A DNA stretch of 64,000 nucleotides, taken from positions 576,001 to 640,000 of the forward strand of contig CAVQXP010000004.1 of assembly GCA_963717935.1 (NCBI GenBank), in the 5' to 3' direction. Positions within the stretch are counted from its first letter, which is position 1. Each line of letters starts with the position of its first letter. The position numbers and the translations under genes are program-made. This document shows, one piece after another, positions 27,941 to 37,135 of the stretch. The notes under the pieces are model-generated. The model was not told where the DNA came from. It saw only the letters and a list, made by a program, of their open reading frames with translations, and did not search any database. Source of the DNA: Candidatus Eiseniibacteriota bacterium (lineage in GTDB: Bacteria; Eisenbacteria; RBG-16-71-46).

Positions 27941-29773
27941 TCAGCCCTGGTGGCACTGCGCGCACGCGGCCTGCGTGGGCCTCAACCGGCCGCCCGCCGG
28001 GTCGTGGCAGGTCTTGCATTCCAGTTCCATCGCGAGATGGGCCTCGTGGGAGAAGTCCCCGCGGAAGCTCCGCACGGTGCGCGTCTTCACGTCGGCGTGG
28101 CATTGCAGGCACGAGCCACCGGCGACCGCGGCCTTCCGATGATGGCAGGGGACACAGCCGGCCGGCCCGAAGCGCACGACTTCCCCGGGTCCGCGCTGCT
28201 CGTGCGTCCGGTGACAGGCGGCGCACTCGAGTTTCGCCTCGAGCAGGTGCGGACCATGGTCGAAGGCCTTGCCCTGCCAGGCCCCGCGCTGTGCTTCGAC
28301 GCCGGTGTGGCACAACAGGCAGCGTCCCGAACTGGCGCCCGCGCGCCGCCAGGGCGACGCGAGCGGGGCCAGTCCCTTCGCGCGGCGCGCCTCGTTCATC
28401 CGCTCGTGCGCCTCGTCGAGCAGGGCGTAGGCGTAGGTGATGTTGTGCACGGCCCGGCCCCGCGAGACCAGCAGGAAGTCGTGCCGCGCGTCCTGCCAGG
28501 CCTGCGGCGGCTCCGGGCCCATCGCGCCCGCGGTCGCCTCGAGCTGGCGCTGCAGCGCGGTGACGCGCTCCGCCGAGGCGCGCTGCCAGGACTCGAAGAT
28601 CCGCTGGTAGGCGGGCCCGTGGCAGGCCATGCAGGAGACGCCGTCGGCGCGCTGGATGACGGGCTCGAGCGGATCCCTCACGGCCCGGGCCGCTGCGGTC
28701 CTGTCGTCGTGACAGCCCCGGCAGGTGACGCCGACTGCGTACATCGGTCCGGGCATGTCGGGCACGCCGCGTCCGCCGGTGCCGGCGTAGAGGCTCTGCT
28801 GCGCGCTGTGGCCCGCGCCGTGGCAGGCGCCGCAGGCGCTTGCGTCGCCGGGGCCCGCGTCGTGCGCGTCGCCCGCCCGGGCCGCCCCCGGCGGCGTGCC
28901 GTGCTCGATGGCCAGGTGGCAGTCCGTGCAGTCCACCTTGTGCTTCGAGACGTGCCAGTCGTGCAGGTAGTCCGTGTCGCCGTAGCGCGCGAGCCGCTCG
29001 GGCTGGTTGTGGCAGGTGAGGCAGTGGGTCTGCGGCACGTCGCCCGCTCCGCGGTTCACGCCCGCGTGACACGCGGTGCACTCGGTGCCCAGGCGCGCGA
29101 CCTCGCCGTGGTCGAACGCGGTGCCGGCGGCGGTGGTGACGCGTCCCGGGACGGTGTGACAGAGCCGGCAGCGCGCGGTGCCCTGGTCCGGCGCCTGGCC
29201 CTTGAAGTGGCACAGCGCGCACGTGACCGGGGTGACCGCGATGTGGGTTCCGACCATGACCTGCGAGTGGCACGAGGTGCAGCGCAGCCGGAAGCCCTTG
29301 CGGCTCTCGGTCAGGTGGGGCGTGTGATCGAAGATGACGCCGTGATAATCGACGCGGCCCTCGAGCAGCCGGCGCTCGTGGCAGCGCAGGCAGTTGGCGT
29401 CGTCCACCTCGGCCCAGGGCTTGGTGCCATAGGTGCCGGTGAAGTACTTCACCACCATCGAGAGCGCCTCGTACTTCTTGCGCAGCTCGGCGCCGATGCC
29501 CGGCGAGATGTGGCAGTCCACGCAGGCGACCTGGTTGTGCTTCGAGGTCTTCCACGAGGCGTAGTAGGGCTTCATGACGTGGCAGGTGCCGCAGAACCGC
29601 GGCGTCGAGGTGCCCAGCATCGCCAGCAGGACGAGCACGGCGAAGAGCCCGAGCGCGAGCCCGACGGTGAGCGTGGCGACGCGCAGGCCGCGGGGCGAGA
29701 GCCGCCCGCCGCCGCGGCGGTCCACCCAGCGGCCGAGGCGGGAGTCGGGTCCGAGGCCCGGCAGCGGCGGCAT
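27941..29773 (-). CDS. Membrane-anchored 18-heme cytochrome c with N-terminal NapC/NirT/NrfH domain
   Basis: N-terminal TM, TSTPRFCGTCHVM (CxxCHxM), W.TSKH..VACVDCH; 18 CxxCH motifs counted. Confidence 0.9.
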   Translation of the reverse strand: MPPLPGLGPDSRLGRWVDRRGGGRLSPRGLRVATLTVGLALGLFAVLVLLAMLGTSTPRFCGTCHVMKPYYASWKTSKHNQVACVDCHISPGIGAELRKKYEALSMVVKYFTGTYGTKPWAEVDDANCLRCHERRLLEGRVDYHGVIFDHTPHLTESRKGFRLRCTSCHSQVMVGTHIAVTPVTCALCHFKGQAPDQGTARCRLCHTVPGRVTTAAGTAFDHGEVARLGTECTACHAGVNRGAGDVPQTHCLTCHNQPERLARYGDTDYLHDWHVSKHKVDCTDCHLAIEHGTPPGAARAGDAHDAGPGDASACGACHGAGHSAQQSLYAGTGGRGVPDMPGPMYAVGVTCRGCHDDRTAAARAVRDPLEPVIQRADGVSCMACHGPAYQRIFESWQRASAERVTALQRQLEATAGAMGPEPPQAWQDARHDFLLVSRGRAVHNITYAYALLDEAHERMNEARRAKGLAPLASPWRRAGASSGRCLLCHTGVEAQRGAWQGKAFDHGPHLLEAKLECAACHRTHEQRGPGEVVRFGPAGCVPCHHRKAAVAGGSCLQCHADVKTRTVRSFRGDFSHEAHLAMELECKTCHDPAGGRLRPTQAACAQCHQG

Positions 29774-31021
29774 CTAGCCCCTTTTCGCGGCCTGATCGCG
29801 GAAGCGCTTGAGCACGAACAGCGTCAGCAGCACGTAGAACCAGAACGCCAGGAGCACGTACTTGTGCTGGCGCAGGTTCCCGAGCTTGCCCCGGATCTCC
29901 TGCTGGACCTCCTGGCCCACCGCGCGGGCCCGCGTGGTGAAGCCGGCCACGACCTCCGGCTGCACGGAGTGCGCCGCGGGCAGAGCCTCGCGCAGATAGG
30001 TGCGCGCCTCCTCGATGCGGGCGTGATAGTCCTCGGTCGGGATGGGGATGGCGTCGGCCTTCACGACCAGCGCCACGGCCTTGTCCACCTCGTCCGCCGC
30101 CGTGCGGTAGTCGGACCCGATGCGCCGGCCCAGGTCGAGACGGCGTGAATCGCCCTCGTGGCAGAGGACGCACGAAGTCGCCAGCCGTTCGGGCCGGGTG
30201 GCCTGCACGGCGTGGGCCCCGTGGCAGGTGGCGCACTCGGGGCGCCGGCCGCCCGCCTGACCGCCGGTGGCGGCCGCGGCCGCGTGCGCGCCCGCGGCGA
30301 GGTAGCGCCGCTCGACCGTGTGGCACCGCCCGCACACCTTGATCACCGAGCCCGCGTCGGGCGGGGCGGCGCCGTGCGCGCCGTGACAGGAGACGCAGGT
30401 GGGCGCGCGCAGGTTGCTCTTCCCGGCCAACTCCTGCGCGTGCACGCTCGACTCGTACTGCCGGAAGACGTTGGGTCGCCCGCGCGGTCCCATGAGCACG
30501 GTGTCCCCGTGGCAGCGCCCGCAGGTGCGCGGGACATGGAGCGCGTACGTCGAACTCGCGGGGTCGCGGGTCGCGAGGATCTCGTGCGCGCCATGGCAGT
30601 CGGAGCACACCGCGACCCGGTCGTCGCCCCGCGCGAGCCGTCGCCCGTGCCCCGAGATCTGGTAGAGCGCGTACGAGTCCACGGGCAGGCCATAGGGGCG
30701 CATCCGGGCCTCGTCCGCATGGCACGAGGCGCAGAGCTTCGGGATGTCCCGGCGCGCGGGACGGCCGCGGTAGTCGCGGCCGTGGGCGACCGCGGCGTCG
30801 AGGCTGCGGTCGTCGCCGCCGTGGCACGAGACGCAGCGCACGCCTTCGGGGGCGTGGCGGCTCTTCTCGAACTGGACGCGCTCGGCCGGGTGACAGATGC
30901 CGCAGCGGCCCGAGGCCGCGGTGACGGCCGCCGATCCCGCCGCAGGCGCGGGCGGACCGGTCTGCGCGTGAGCGGTCGGGGCCGTGGCGGCCAGGAGCAG
31001 GAGAGCGAGCGCGGTCCTCAT
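29774..31021 (-). CDS. 9-heme cytochrome c with signal peptide and C-terminal TM anchor
   Basis: 9 CxxCH motifs; MRTALALLLLAATAPTAHA signal; C-terminal YVLLAFWFYVLLTLFVL; GGAGG RBS. Confidence 0.9.
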   Translation of the reverse strand: MRTALALLLLAATAPTAHAQTGPPAPAAGSAAVTAASGRCGICHPAERVQFEKSRHAPEGVRCVSCHGGDDRSLDAAVAHGRDYRGRPARRDIPKLCASCHADEARMRPYGLPVDSYALYQISGHGRRLARGDDRVAVCSDCHGAHEILATRDPASSTYALHVPRTCGRCHGDTVLMGPRGRPNVFRQYESSVHAQELAGKSNLRAPTCVSCHGAHGAAPPDAGSVIKVCGRCHTVERRYLAAGAHAAAAATGGQAGGRRPECATCHGAHAVQATRPERLATSCVLCHEGDSRRLDLGRRIGSDYRTAADEVDKAVALVVKADAIPIPTEDYHARIEEARTYLREALPAAHSVQPEVVAGFTTRARAVGQEVQQEIRGKLGNLRQHKYVLLAFWFYVLLTLFVLKRFRDQAAKRG

Positions 31022-31025
31022 CGCC

Positions 31026-32159
31026 CTACCTCCGTTCGAGCAGCGCGCCGAGCACGCTGAGCACGAGCCACGCTCCGAGCACGGCAACGCCGGCCAGCCG
31101 GATGCGGCGCCTTCGCGGGCGGGTCTCCTCGCCGCGCAGCCACAGCGGCATGAGCAGCACCGCGATGGCCGCCGCCAGCAGCACGAGCCCGCTCAGCCAC
31201 GCGGGCACGGGCAGGTGCTGCAGCAGGACATAGGGGGCCAGCATGTACCACGGCGGGCGCGCTCCGCCGGGCGTGGCGTAGGGGTCGGCCGCGCCGTGGA
31301 AGCGGAAGGGCAGCAGCGTGGCCAGGGTGACCAGCACGGCGAACAGGCCGACCGTGAGCATGGTCATCGAGTAGACGTGCTCGCGATAGTGGATGGTCCG
31401 CTCGTCGCGCACCGCCTCGGCCCGGCTCAGACCGACGCGCCGCAGCGTGGCGAAGGTCAGGTAGAGGAAGCCGGCGTAGAACACCGGCAGGACCATCAGG
31501 TGCAGCACGTAGAAGCGGATCAGCACGTCCGCATTCACGGTCCGTCCACCCAGCAGGAAGGCCAGCACCGGGCCGGCGATCGGGATCGCCCACACGACCT
31601 CCAGCCCGCGCACCGTGCTCCAGTAGGTGTGCGAGTCCCAGATGAGGAGCCTCCCGGTGAAGTCCGACTGGATGACCACCCAGGTCGTGGCCACCGCGCA
31701 CCACCACAGCACCTCGCGCGGGGCGCGGTACAGACCCTCCCAGAAGAACCGCAGCAGCCGCAGCACGATGACGCCCACCAGCAGCCACGAGCCCCAGGCG
31801 TGCATCTGGTGGATGAACCAGCCGCCCGGCAGGTCGCGCACGATGGTGCGCGTGCTCTCGAAGGCGGCCTCGGGCGTGGGCCGGTAGTAATAGGCGAGCA
31901 GGACGCCCGTCACGATCTGCAGGCCGAACAGGATGGCGGCCAGCAGTCCCAGCGCGCGCGCGCCGTGCGCGTAGCGGGGCACCGGCTCCGCGGCCACGTC
32001 GCGCAGTACCTCGCGCACCGGTTTCTGCGTGTCCACCGGCGTGTAGACCAGGCCGAAGTGGGTGAGGAAGGAGAAGATCTCGCTCAGGTTCACGCGCTGC
32101 TCGAGCCAGTCCACCCAGCTCCTGCGCGCGGGCGGGTCCTGCCGGCCGGGCCCGTTCAT
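31026..32159 (-). CDS. Cytochrome b of a Rieske/cytb complex (b6 plus subunit IV fused), atypical heme ligands
   Basis: QIVTGVLLAYYY.P, GWFIHQMHAW, YRAPRE, FTG.LL.WD, RFYVLH and PPWY; ATG overlaps the Rieske stop. Confidence 0.9.
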   Translation of the reverse strand: MNGPGRQDPPARRSWVDWLEQRVNLSEIFSFLTHFGLVYTPVDTQKPVREVLRDVAAEPVPRYAHGARALGLLAAILFGLQIVTGVLLAYYYRPTPEAAFESTRTIVRDLPGGWFIHQMHAWGSWLLVGVIVLRLLRFFWEGLYRAPREVLWWCAVATTWVVIQSDFTGRLLIWDSHTYWSTVRGLEVVWAIPIAGPVLAFLLGGRTVNADVLIRFYVLHLMVLPVFYAGFLYLTFATLRRVGLSRAEAVRDERTIHYREHVYSMTMLTVGLFAVLVTLATLLPFRFHGAADPYATPGGARPPWYMLAPYVLLQHLPVPAWLSGLVLLAAAIAVLLMPLWLRGEETRPRRRRIRLAGVAVLGAWLVLSVLGALLERR

Positions 32160-32626
32160 ACCTGGACGAAGATCTCGCCGGCGCGCACCGATGCCGGGTA
32201 GCCGGGCAGCGGCCGGGGCGGCGGGCCGGAGAGCACGTTGCCCGAGAGGTCGAAGCGCCCGTCGTGGCAGGGGCAGACCAGCGTCCTGCGGGCCGGGTCG
32301 TAGCCCAGGATGCAGCGCACGTGGGTGCACACCGCCGAGAGGGCCAGCACGCGCGTGGCGTCGAGGCGGATCACGTAGAAGGGCGTCACCCCGTGACGCA
32401 CGAGGCGGCCCTCGCCCACGCGATAGTCATCGAGGAGCCCCGCGCTCACCGTCCGCTCGGAGTCGCGCTCGCGCTTCTCGGGGGCCTTGAGGTAGGCGCC
32501 CACCACGGCGACGGCGCCGAGTCCCCAGAGCGCGAGGAACGCCTGCGAGAGCACGGTGAGGAAGCGGCGCCGGTCCGGTGGCGTGGACGCCGGCAGGTGG
32601 ATCGGCCGGTCTTCGGGGATCGGCAT
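32156..32626 (-). CDS. Rieske [2Fe-2S] subunit with Tat signal
   Basis: DRRRFL Tat motif plus TM; CTHVRC, CPCHDGRF and GPPPRPL. Confidence 0.93.
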   Translation of the reverse strand: MPIPEDRPIHLPASTPPDRRRFLTVLSQAFLALWGLGAVAVVGAYLKAPEKRERDSERTVSAGLLDDYRVGEGRLVRHGVTPFYVIRLDATRVLALSAVCTHVRCILGYDPARRTLVCPCHDGRFDLSGNVLSGPPPRPLPGYPASVRAGEIFVQV

Positions 32627-32729
32627 GGGACCTCGGACGGGGTCGGGGCGCAGGCCGCACGGGCGGGTTGCCGTCTCCACTGGCCTGCGGCCGGCCAGCG
32701 CCCCGCGCGTGGCAAGAAGTCCAGGCAGC

Positions 32730-32758
32730 ATCATAGTCCGGGACCCGCACCCGGCCAA
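32730..32758 (-). promoter_or_regulatory. Candidate sigma70 promoter for the Rieske/cytb operon
   Basis: Minus strand TTGGCC-N17-TATGAT. Confidence 0.5.
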
Positions 32759-32843
32759 TGCGATTCGAGACCCACGCCCGGCCCGCCCGACGCCGCCGGT
32801 TTCGCTCGACCCGCCAGTCCATTTGCGTTATGAAGTCCCTCCT

Positions 32844-34193
32844 ATGATGCCCCGTGCCTGGATGATCGCGCTGGCCGCGGTACTCGCGGTCTTCCTGCTG
32901 CCGGGCGGCGCCTTCGCCGCGAGCGGCAGCCCGGACATGCCGCCCCTGCTGCTCGCGCTGGTGCTGGTGCTCCTCGGTGCCCGGCTGGGAAGCGCGCTTG
33001 CGGAGAAATTCGGCCAGCCTCCGGTCCTGGGCGAGTTGCTCGCGGGGGTCGTCATCGGCAACCTCGGCCTGCTCGGCTGGCACGGGCTCGACGGGCTGCG
33101 CGAGGTCGCGGGGCTCGAATTGCTGGCGCAGATCGGCGTGCTGTTCCTGCTCTTCGAAGTTGGACTCGCCTCGGAGGTCGGGCAGATGCTCGCCGTGGGC
33201 GGCTCGGCACTGCTGGTGGCGACGCTGGGCGTGGTCGCCCCCATCGGTCTCGGCTTCCTGGTGTCGCGGGGGTTCTTTCCGGGGCACCATCCCCTGACCC
33301 ACTGGTTCGTCGGAGCCACGCTGTGCGCCACCAGCGTGGGCATCACCGCGCGCGTGCTCGCCGACCTGGGGCGCACGAAGAGTCGCGAGGGCCGCATCAT
33401 CCTCGGGGCGGCGGTCATCGACGACGTGCAGGGGCTGCTGGTGCTGGCGGTGATCAAGGGCATCATCGATTCGGTCGATCGCGGGCAGGCCTTCGACACG
33501 AACTCGGCACTGCTGATCGTGGCGAAGGCGGTCGCGTTCCTGGTGGTCGCGGTCGTCCTGGGCCGCTCGATCTCGAGCCGCGTCTTCCGGCTCGGCGCGC
33601 GCCTGCGCGGGGAGGGCGTGCTCCTCTCGCTGGCGCTGGCCTTCTGCTTCGCCTCCGCGTGGCTCGCGGGGCTGCTGGGCCTGGCGCCCATCGTGGGCGC
33701 CTTCGCCGCCGGGCTCGTGCTCGACGAGGTCCACTACCGCGACCTGCGGGCGCGCGACCGGGCCCAGCGCGACGTGCTGGCGCTGCTCAAGCCGATCTCC
33801 ACGTTCCTCGTGCCGGTCTTCTTCGTGCTCATGGGCATGCGCGTGGACCTCTCGGTGTTCGGCCAGGCGGGCATCCTGGGCTTCACCGGCGCGCTCATCG
33901 CGGTCGCACTGGTGAGCAAGCAGGTCTGTTCGCTGGGCGTGCTGGGCAAGGGGACCGACCGGCTGGCGGTGGGGCTGGGCATGATCCCGCGCGGCGAGGT
34001 GGGGCTCATCTTCGCGGGCATCGGGAGCGGACTGATGATCGGCGCCGAGCACGTCGTGGACCCGAGGATGTTCTCGGCCGTGGTCGCCATGGTCGCCGCG
34101 ACCACGCTGCTCACGCCACCGCTGCTGGCCTGGCGGTTGAGACGGCTGCCACTCGAGACCGGACCGCCGAAGGGCGGTCCTTCCGGGGGTTGA
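32844..34193 (+). CDS. Cation:proton antiporter (CPA2/NapA-like Na+/H+ exchanger)
   Basis: P.VLGELLAG, LLFEVGL, ATSVGIT, AAVIDD and GMIPRGEVGL motifs. Confidence 0.92.
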   Translation: MMPRAWMIALAAVLAVFLLPGGAFAASGSPDMPPLLLALVLVLLGARLGSALAEKFGQPPVLGELLAGVVIGNLGLLGWHGLDGLREVAGLELLAQIGVLFLLFEVGLASEVGQMLAVGGSALLVATLGVVAPIGLGFLVSRGFFPGHHPLTHWFVGATLCATSVGITARVLADLGRTKSREGRIILGAAVIDDVQGLLVLAVIKGIIDSVDRGQAFDTNSALLIVAKAVAFLVVAVVLGRSISSRVFRLGARLRGEGVLLSLALAFCFASAWLAGLLGLAPIVGAFAAGLVLDEVHYRDLRARDRAQRDVLALLKPISTFLVPVFFVLMGMRVDLSVFGQAGILGFTGALIAVALVSKQVCSLGVLGKGTDRLAVGLGMIPRGEVGLIFAGIGSGLMIGAEHVVDPRMFSAVVAMVAATTLLTPPLLAWRLRRLPLETGPPKGGPSGG

Positions 34194-34272
34194 GAACGCG
34201 CGGGCCTCGGGGGCTCGCGGGGACGATCCCGCGCGGGCTCGAGCGCCGGCGAGAAAGGGCGGAGTTGCAGAG

Positions 34273-34890
34273 ATGCTGTCCTACGGCAATCGGTTCTTCC
34301 GGATCAGCGTCACGTTTCTGGAGTGGATCCTCAAGAAGGTCACGGGCCCCGACCGGTGGCGGCCGGCGGGTGCGATCCGGGAGCTCCCCCCGTCTGCCCT
34401 CATCTATGACTCGCAGGAGGGCCAGCGGGCGGAGGGCGTGTTCCGCACGCTCTCGGCCCTGGGATTCACGCCCACGAGGGTGCCGCTCGCCGATCTGGCA
34501 GGCGGCATCCCCGAGAACTGCGGGATCATCTCCCGCGGCACGAAGGACTGCTGGGCCACGGTCGTCCTCGAGCCCCGGGACGACGTCAGCGCAAGGCACC
34601 TCGGCCCGGCCTTCCGGCGATACGCTCACCTGCACCCGGACGTCGTGGCGATCGTCGTCGGGCCACTTCCGAGCCGCTCGGAGATCCTGGACCGCTATCG
34701 GCATGTGGTGACGGCCGACGACGGCAGCGTCGCGCCCCCCGAGCTGGCGGCGGGGATGGCTCATGCCAGCGCGGCGCGCGTCCTCCATTGCGCGCGGCTG
34801 CTGAACACGGCCGTGGCGTTCTTCGCGCTCGTGGTGCTGATCATCGGCCTCGGGCTGGCCTGGGCCGGAGGGTTCCTCCCATGGCGATGA
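34273..34890 (+). CDS. Hypothetical protein with C-terminal TM helix
   Basis: GGAG RBS, protein-like composition, stop overlaps the next ATG (ATGA). Confidence 0.6.
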   Translation: MLSYGNRFFRISVTFLEWILKKVTGPDRWRPAGAIRELPPSALIYDSQEGQRAEGVFRTLSALGFTPTRVPLADLAGGIPENCGIISRGTKDCWATVVLEPRDDVSARHLGPAFRRYAHLHPDVVAIVVGPLPSRSEILDRYRHVVTADDGSVAPPELAAGMAHASAARVLHCARLLNTAVAFFALVVLIIGLGLAWAGGFLPWR

Positions 34891-35882
34891 ACCAGCTCGT
34901 CCTGCTGTCGCTTCTGACCCTCGCGGTGGCCAGGCCCGGGCCCGGCACGGCCGCCCCCGCGCTCGAGCTTGCCGGGCCCTCCGGCACGCGTGCGCTCACG
35001 CTCGCGCAGATCCGGAAGCTGCCCGCGACCGCCGGGCTGGCCGGCGTGAAGAGCAGCACGGGCAAGGTTTCCCTGCCAGCGCGGTACAAGGGGGTCGCTC
35101 TGCGCGACCTGGTCGCCGCGGTCGGCGGCTGCGACACCACGAAGAACCTCGCCGTCACCGCGAGGGACGGCTACAGCATCACGTTCTCGCACGACCAGGT
35201 GATGAACGGCGCCTTCACCGTCTACGACCCCGGCACGGGTGACACACTCGCATCGCGCGAGCCGCTGACCGCGATCATCGCCTACGAGCACGAGGGCCGG
35301 CCGCTGGACGTTACCGAGGACGGCCCGTTGCGCGTGGTGGTCGTGAGCACCACGGGCCGCCAGGTGACCGATGGCCACTGGTCCATCAAGTGGGCGACGA
35401 AGCTGACGGTCGAGCCTGCCAGCGAGGCGTGGTCGCTGAGCCTGGAGGGCGCCCTGACCGAGATCATGGACCGCGCCACGTTCGAGTCGGGGGCGTCGCC
35501 GAAGTGCCACGGGAACACGTGGAAGGATGCGCGGGGCCGGTCGTGGGCCGGTCTCCCGCTCTGGCTGCTGGTCGGCCGCGTGGACGATGGGCTCAGGCAC
35601 GGGGAGCTGGCATTCAACGACTCGCTCGCCGCGGCCGGCTACACCGTGGACGTGGTCGCGGGTGATGGCGCCACCGTCTCGTTCGACAGCGCGCGGCTCG
35701 AGCGGAACGACGAACTCATCGTCGCCTGCCTGCTCGACGGAGCGCCGCTGCCCGGGGAATCGTTCCCGTTGCGGCTGGCAGGTCCGGGCCTGAAGGACGA
35801 AGAGCGGATCGGCGGGGTCACGCGGATCGTCGTCCACGCGCCCGCCGCGACGCGGGCGCCCGCGGGGACTCCGGTGCGGTAG
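34887..35882 (+). CDS. Exported protein with two molybdopterin-oxidoreductase-like (Oxidored_molyb) domains
   Basis: Signal peptide; Y.GV.L.DL, A.DGY..F, IAY..G.PL...GPLR and W.KW repeated in degenerate form in the second half. Confidence 0.65.
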   Translation: MNQLVLLSLLTLAVARPGPGTAAPALELAGPSGTRALTLAQIRKLPATAGLAGVKSSTGKVSLPARYKGVALRDLVAAVGGCDTTKNLAVTARDGYSITFSHDQVMNGAFTVYDPGTGDTLASREPLTAIIAYEHEGRPLDVTEDGPLRVVVVSTTGRQVTDGHWSIKWATKLTVEPASEAWSLSLEGALTEIMDRATFESGASPKCHGNTWKDARGRSWAGLPLWLLVGRVDDGLRHGELAFNDSLAAAGYTVDVVAGDGATVSFDSARLERNDELIVACLLDGAPLPGESFPLRLAGPGLKDEERIGGVTRIVVHAPAATRAPAGTPVR

Positions 35883-35998
35883 GCGGACCTCCGCCCTGCG
35901 ATCCCGGCACGGGTGACACGCTCGCGTCGTGCGAGCCGCTCACGCGATCCTCGCCCGCGCGCCGGCCGCCGGACGTCGCTCCGGCGCGTCCGGCTCGC

Positions 35999-37135
35999 TC
36001 AGGAGGCGCCGGGCTCGTGCGCCGGCGCGCCGAAGCGCGCCACGACCCAGATCAGGAAGGTGTGGGCGAAGGCGAAGTAGGAGATGTCGAAGTCGTCCTG
36101 GACCAGGATGTAGGTCCAGCCCTGGAGCGCGATGGACCAGGCGAACAGCGCCGCGATCACGCCGAACAGGACCCACACGATCCCGAGCCACGCCTGCAGG
36201 GCCGAGCGCGCCAGGCTTCCCCACGCGATCGCCGCGGCGAGCGCGACCGCCAGAAGCGGCTTCGGGATGTACGAGAGCTGGATGGCGAACGGGCCGAACT
36301 GCGCGAACCGGCGCGCGTCCCACAGGATGAACGGCACCAGCGTCGCGACGAAGGCGGCCGCGCACCACGCCGCCACGACGAGCCCGGAGCGCCGGTCGTC
36401 GCGGAAGCGCCACGGCAGGAAGACCGCGTACGCCAGCCCGACGATCCCGCGCGTGGAGAGCAGGAGCCCCGCGGCGATGCCCCGCCAAGGCGTGGCCGCG
36501 AGCCGCGCCTTTCCCTCGAGCCCCGCGAGGAGCAGCAGCACGAGCGTCATGTTGCTGAAGAGCTCGCTGCGCGTGACGACCTCGTAGAGGAAGAGCGGCG
36601 CCGCGAGCAGCAGCCCGAGCGCGAACCACGCCGTCTCCGGATGCGCGCGCGCCGCGCGGTGGCAGGCCCAGGCGAATGCCCCGAAGGCCGCGATCTGGAG
36701 GAAGCCGAGATCGCCGATCGCCTGGAAGGGCAGCGCGATCAGGAACAGCACCGGGAAGGAGGACGGCAGCACGGCCGAGGCGTACGGGAAGCGGCCGTGG
36801 AGCAGGTGGCCGAGCCAATCGCGGATCGCGGGGCAGCGCGTCACCCGCAGGGACTCCGGGTCGAACCGGGTCATGACCAGCGCCAGGGCGATCGCGGCGC
36901 AGCCGGCGACGACGGCGAAGCCCCGGCCACGGTGGTCGCGGCGCGCGCACGCCCGCGCGAGGCGCGGTCCCGCCAGCCACAGCGCGGTCGCGAAGGCCAG
37001 GTAGAGGGAGGCGGCGAGCAGCCCGTGTCCCCCGGCGCGCTCGGGGTACTTGTAGGCGAACGGGACGTTGACGACGAGGTACAGGACGGCGAGCGCGAAC
37101 CGGGCGCCGCGGCCAAGACGTTCGGGTGTGGGGAT
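35999..37135 (-). CDS. Polytopic membrane protein, possibly GT-C glycosyltransferase-like
   Basis: About 10 hydrophobic helices, G..PY and SE(L) motifs; start uncertain (ATC 37135 behind GAGGAG, or GTG 37198). Confidence 0.6.
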   Translation of the reverse strand: MPTPERLGRGARFALAVLYLVVNVPFAYKYPERAGGHGLLAASLYLAFATALWLAGPRLARACARRDHRGRGFAVVAGCAAIALALVMTRFDPESLRVTRCPAIRDWLGHLLHGRFPYASAVLPSSFPVLFLIALPFQAIGDLGFLQIAAFGAFAWACHRAARAHPETAWFALGLLLAAPLFLYEVVTRSELFSNMTLVLLLLAGLEGKARLAATPWRGIAAGLLLSTRGIVGLAYAVFLPWRFRDDRRSGLVVAAWCAAAFVATLVPFILWDARRFAQFGPFAIQLSYIPKPLLAVALAAAIAWGSLARSALQAWLGIVWVLFGVIAALFAWSIALQGWTYILVQDDFDISYFAFAHTFLIWVVARFGAPAHEPGAS

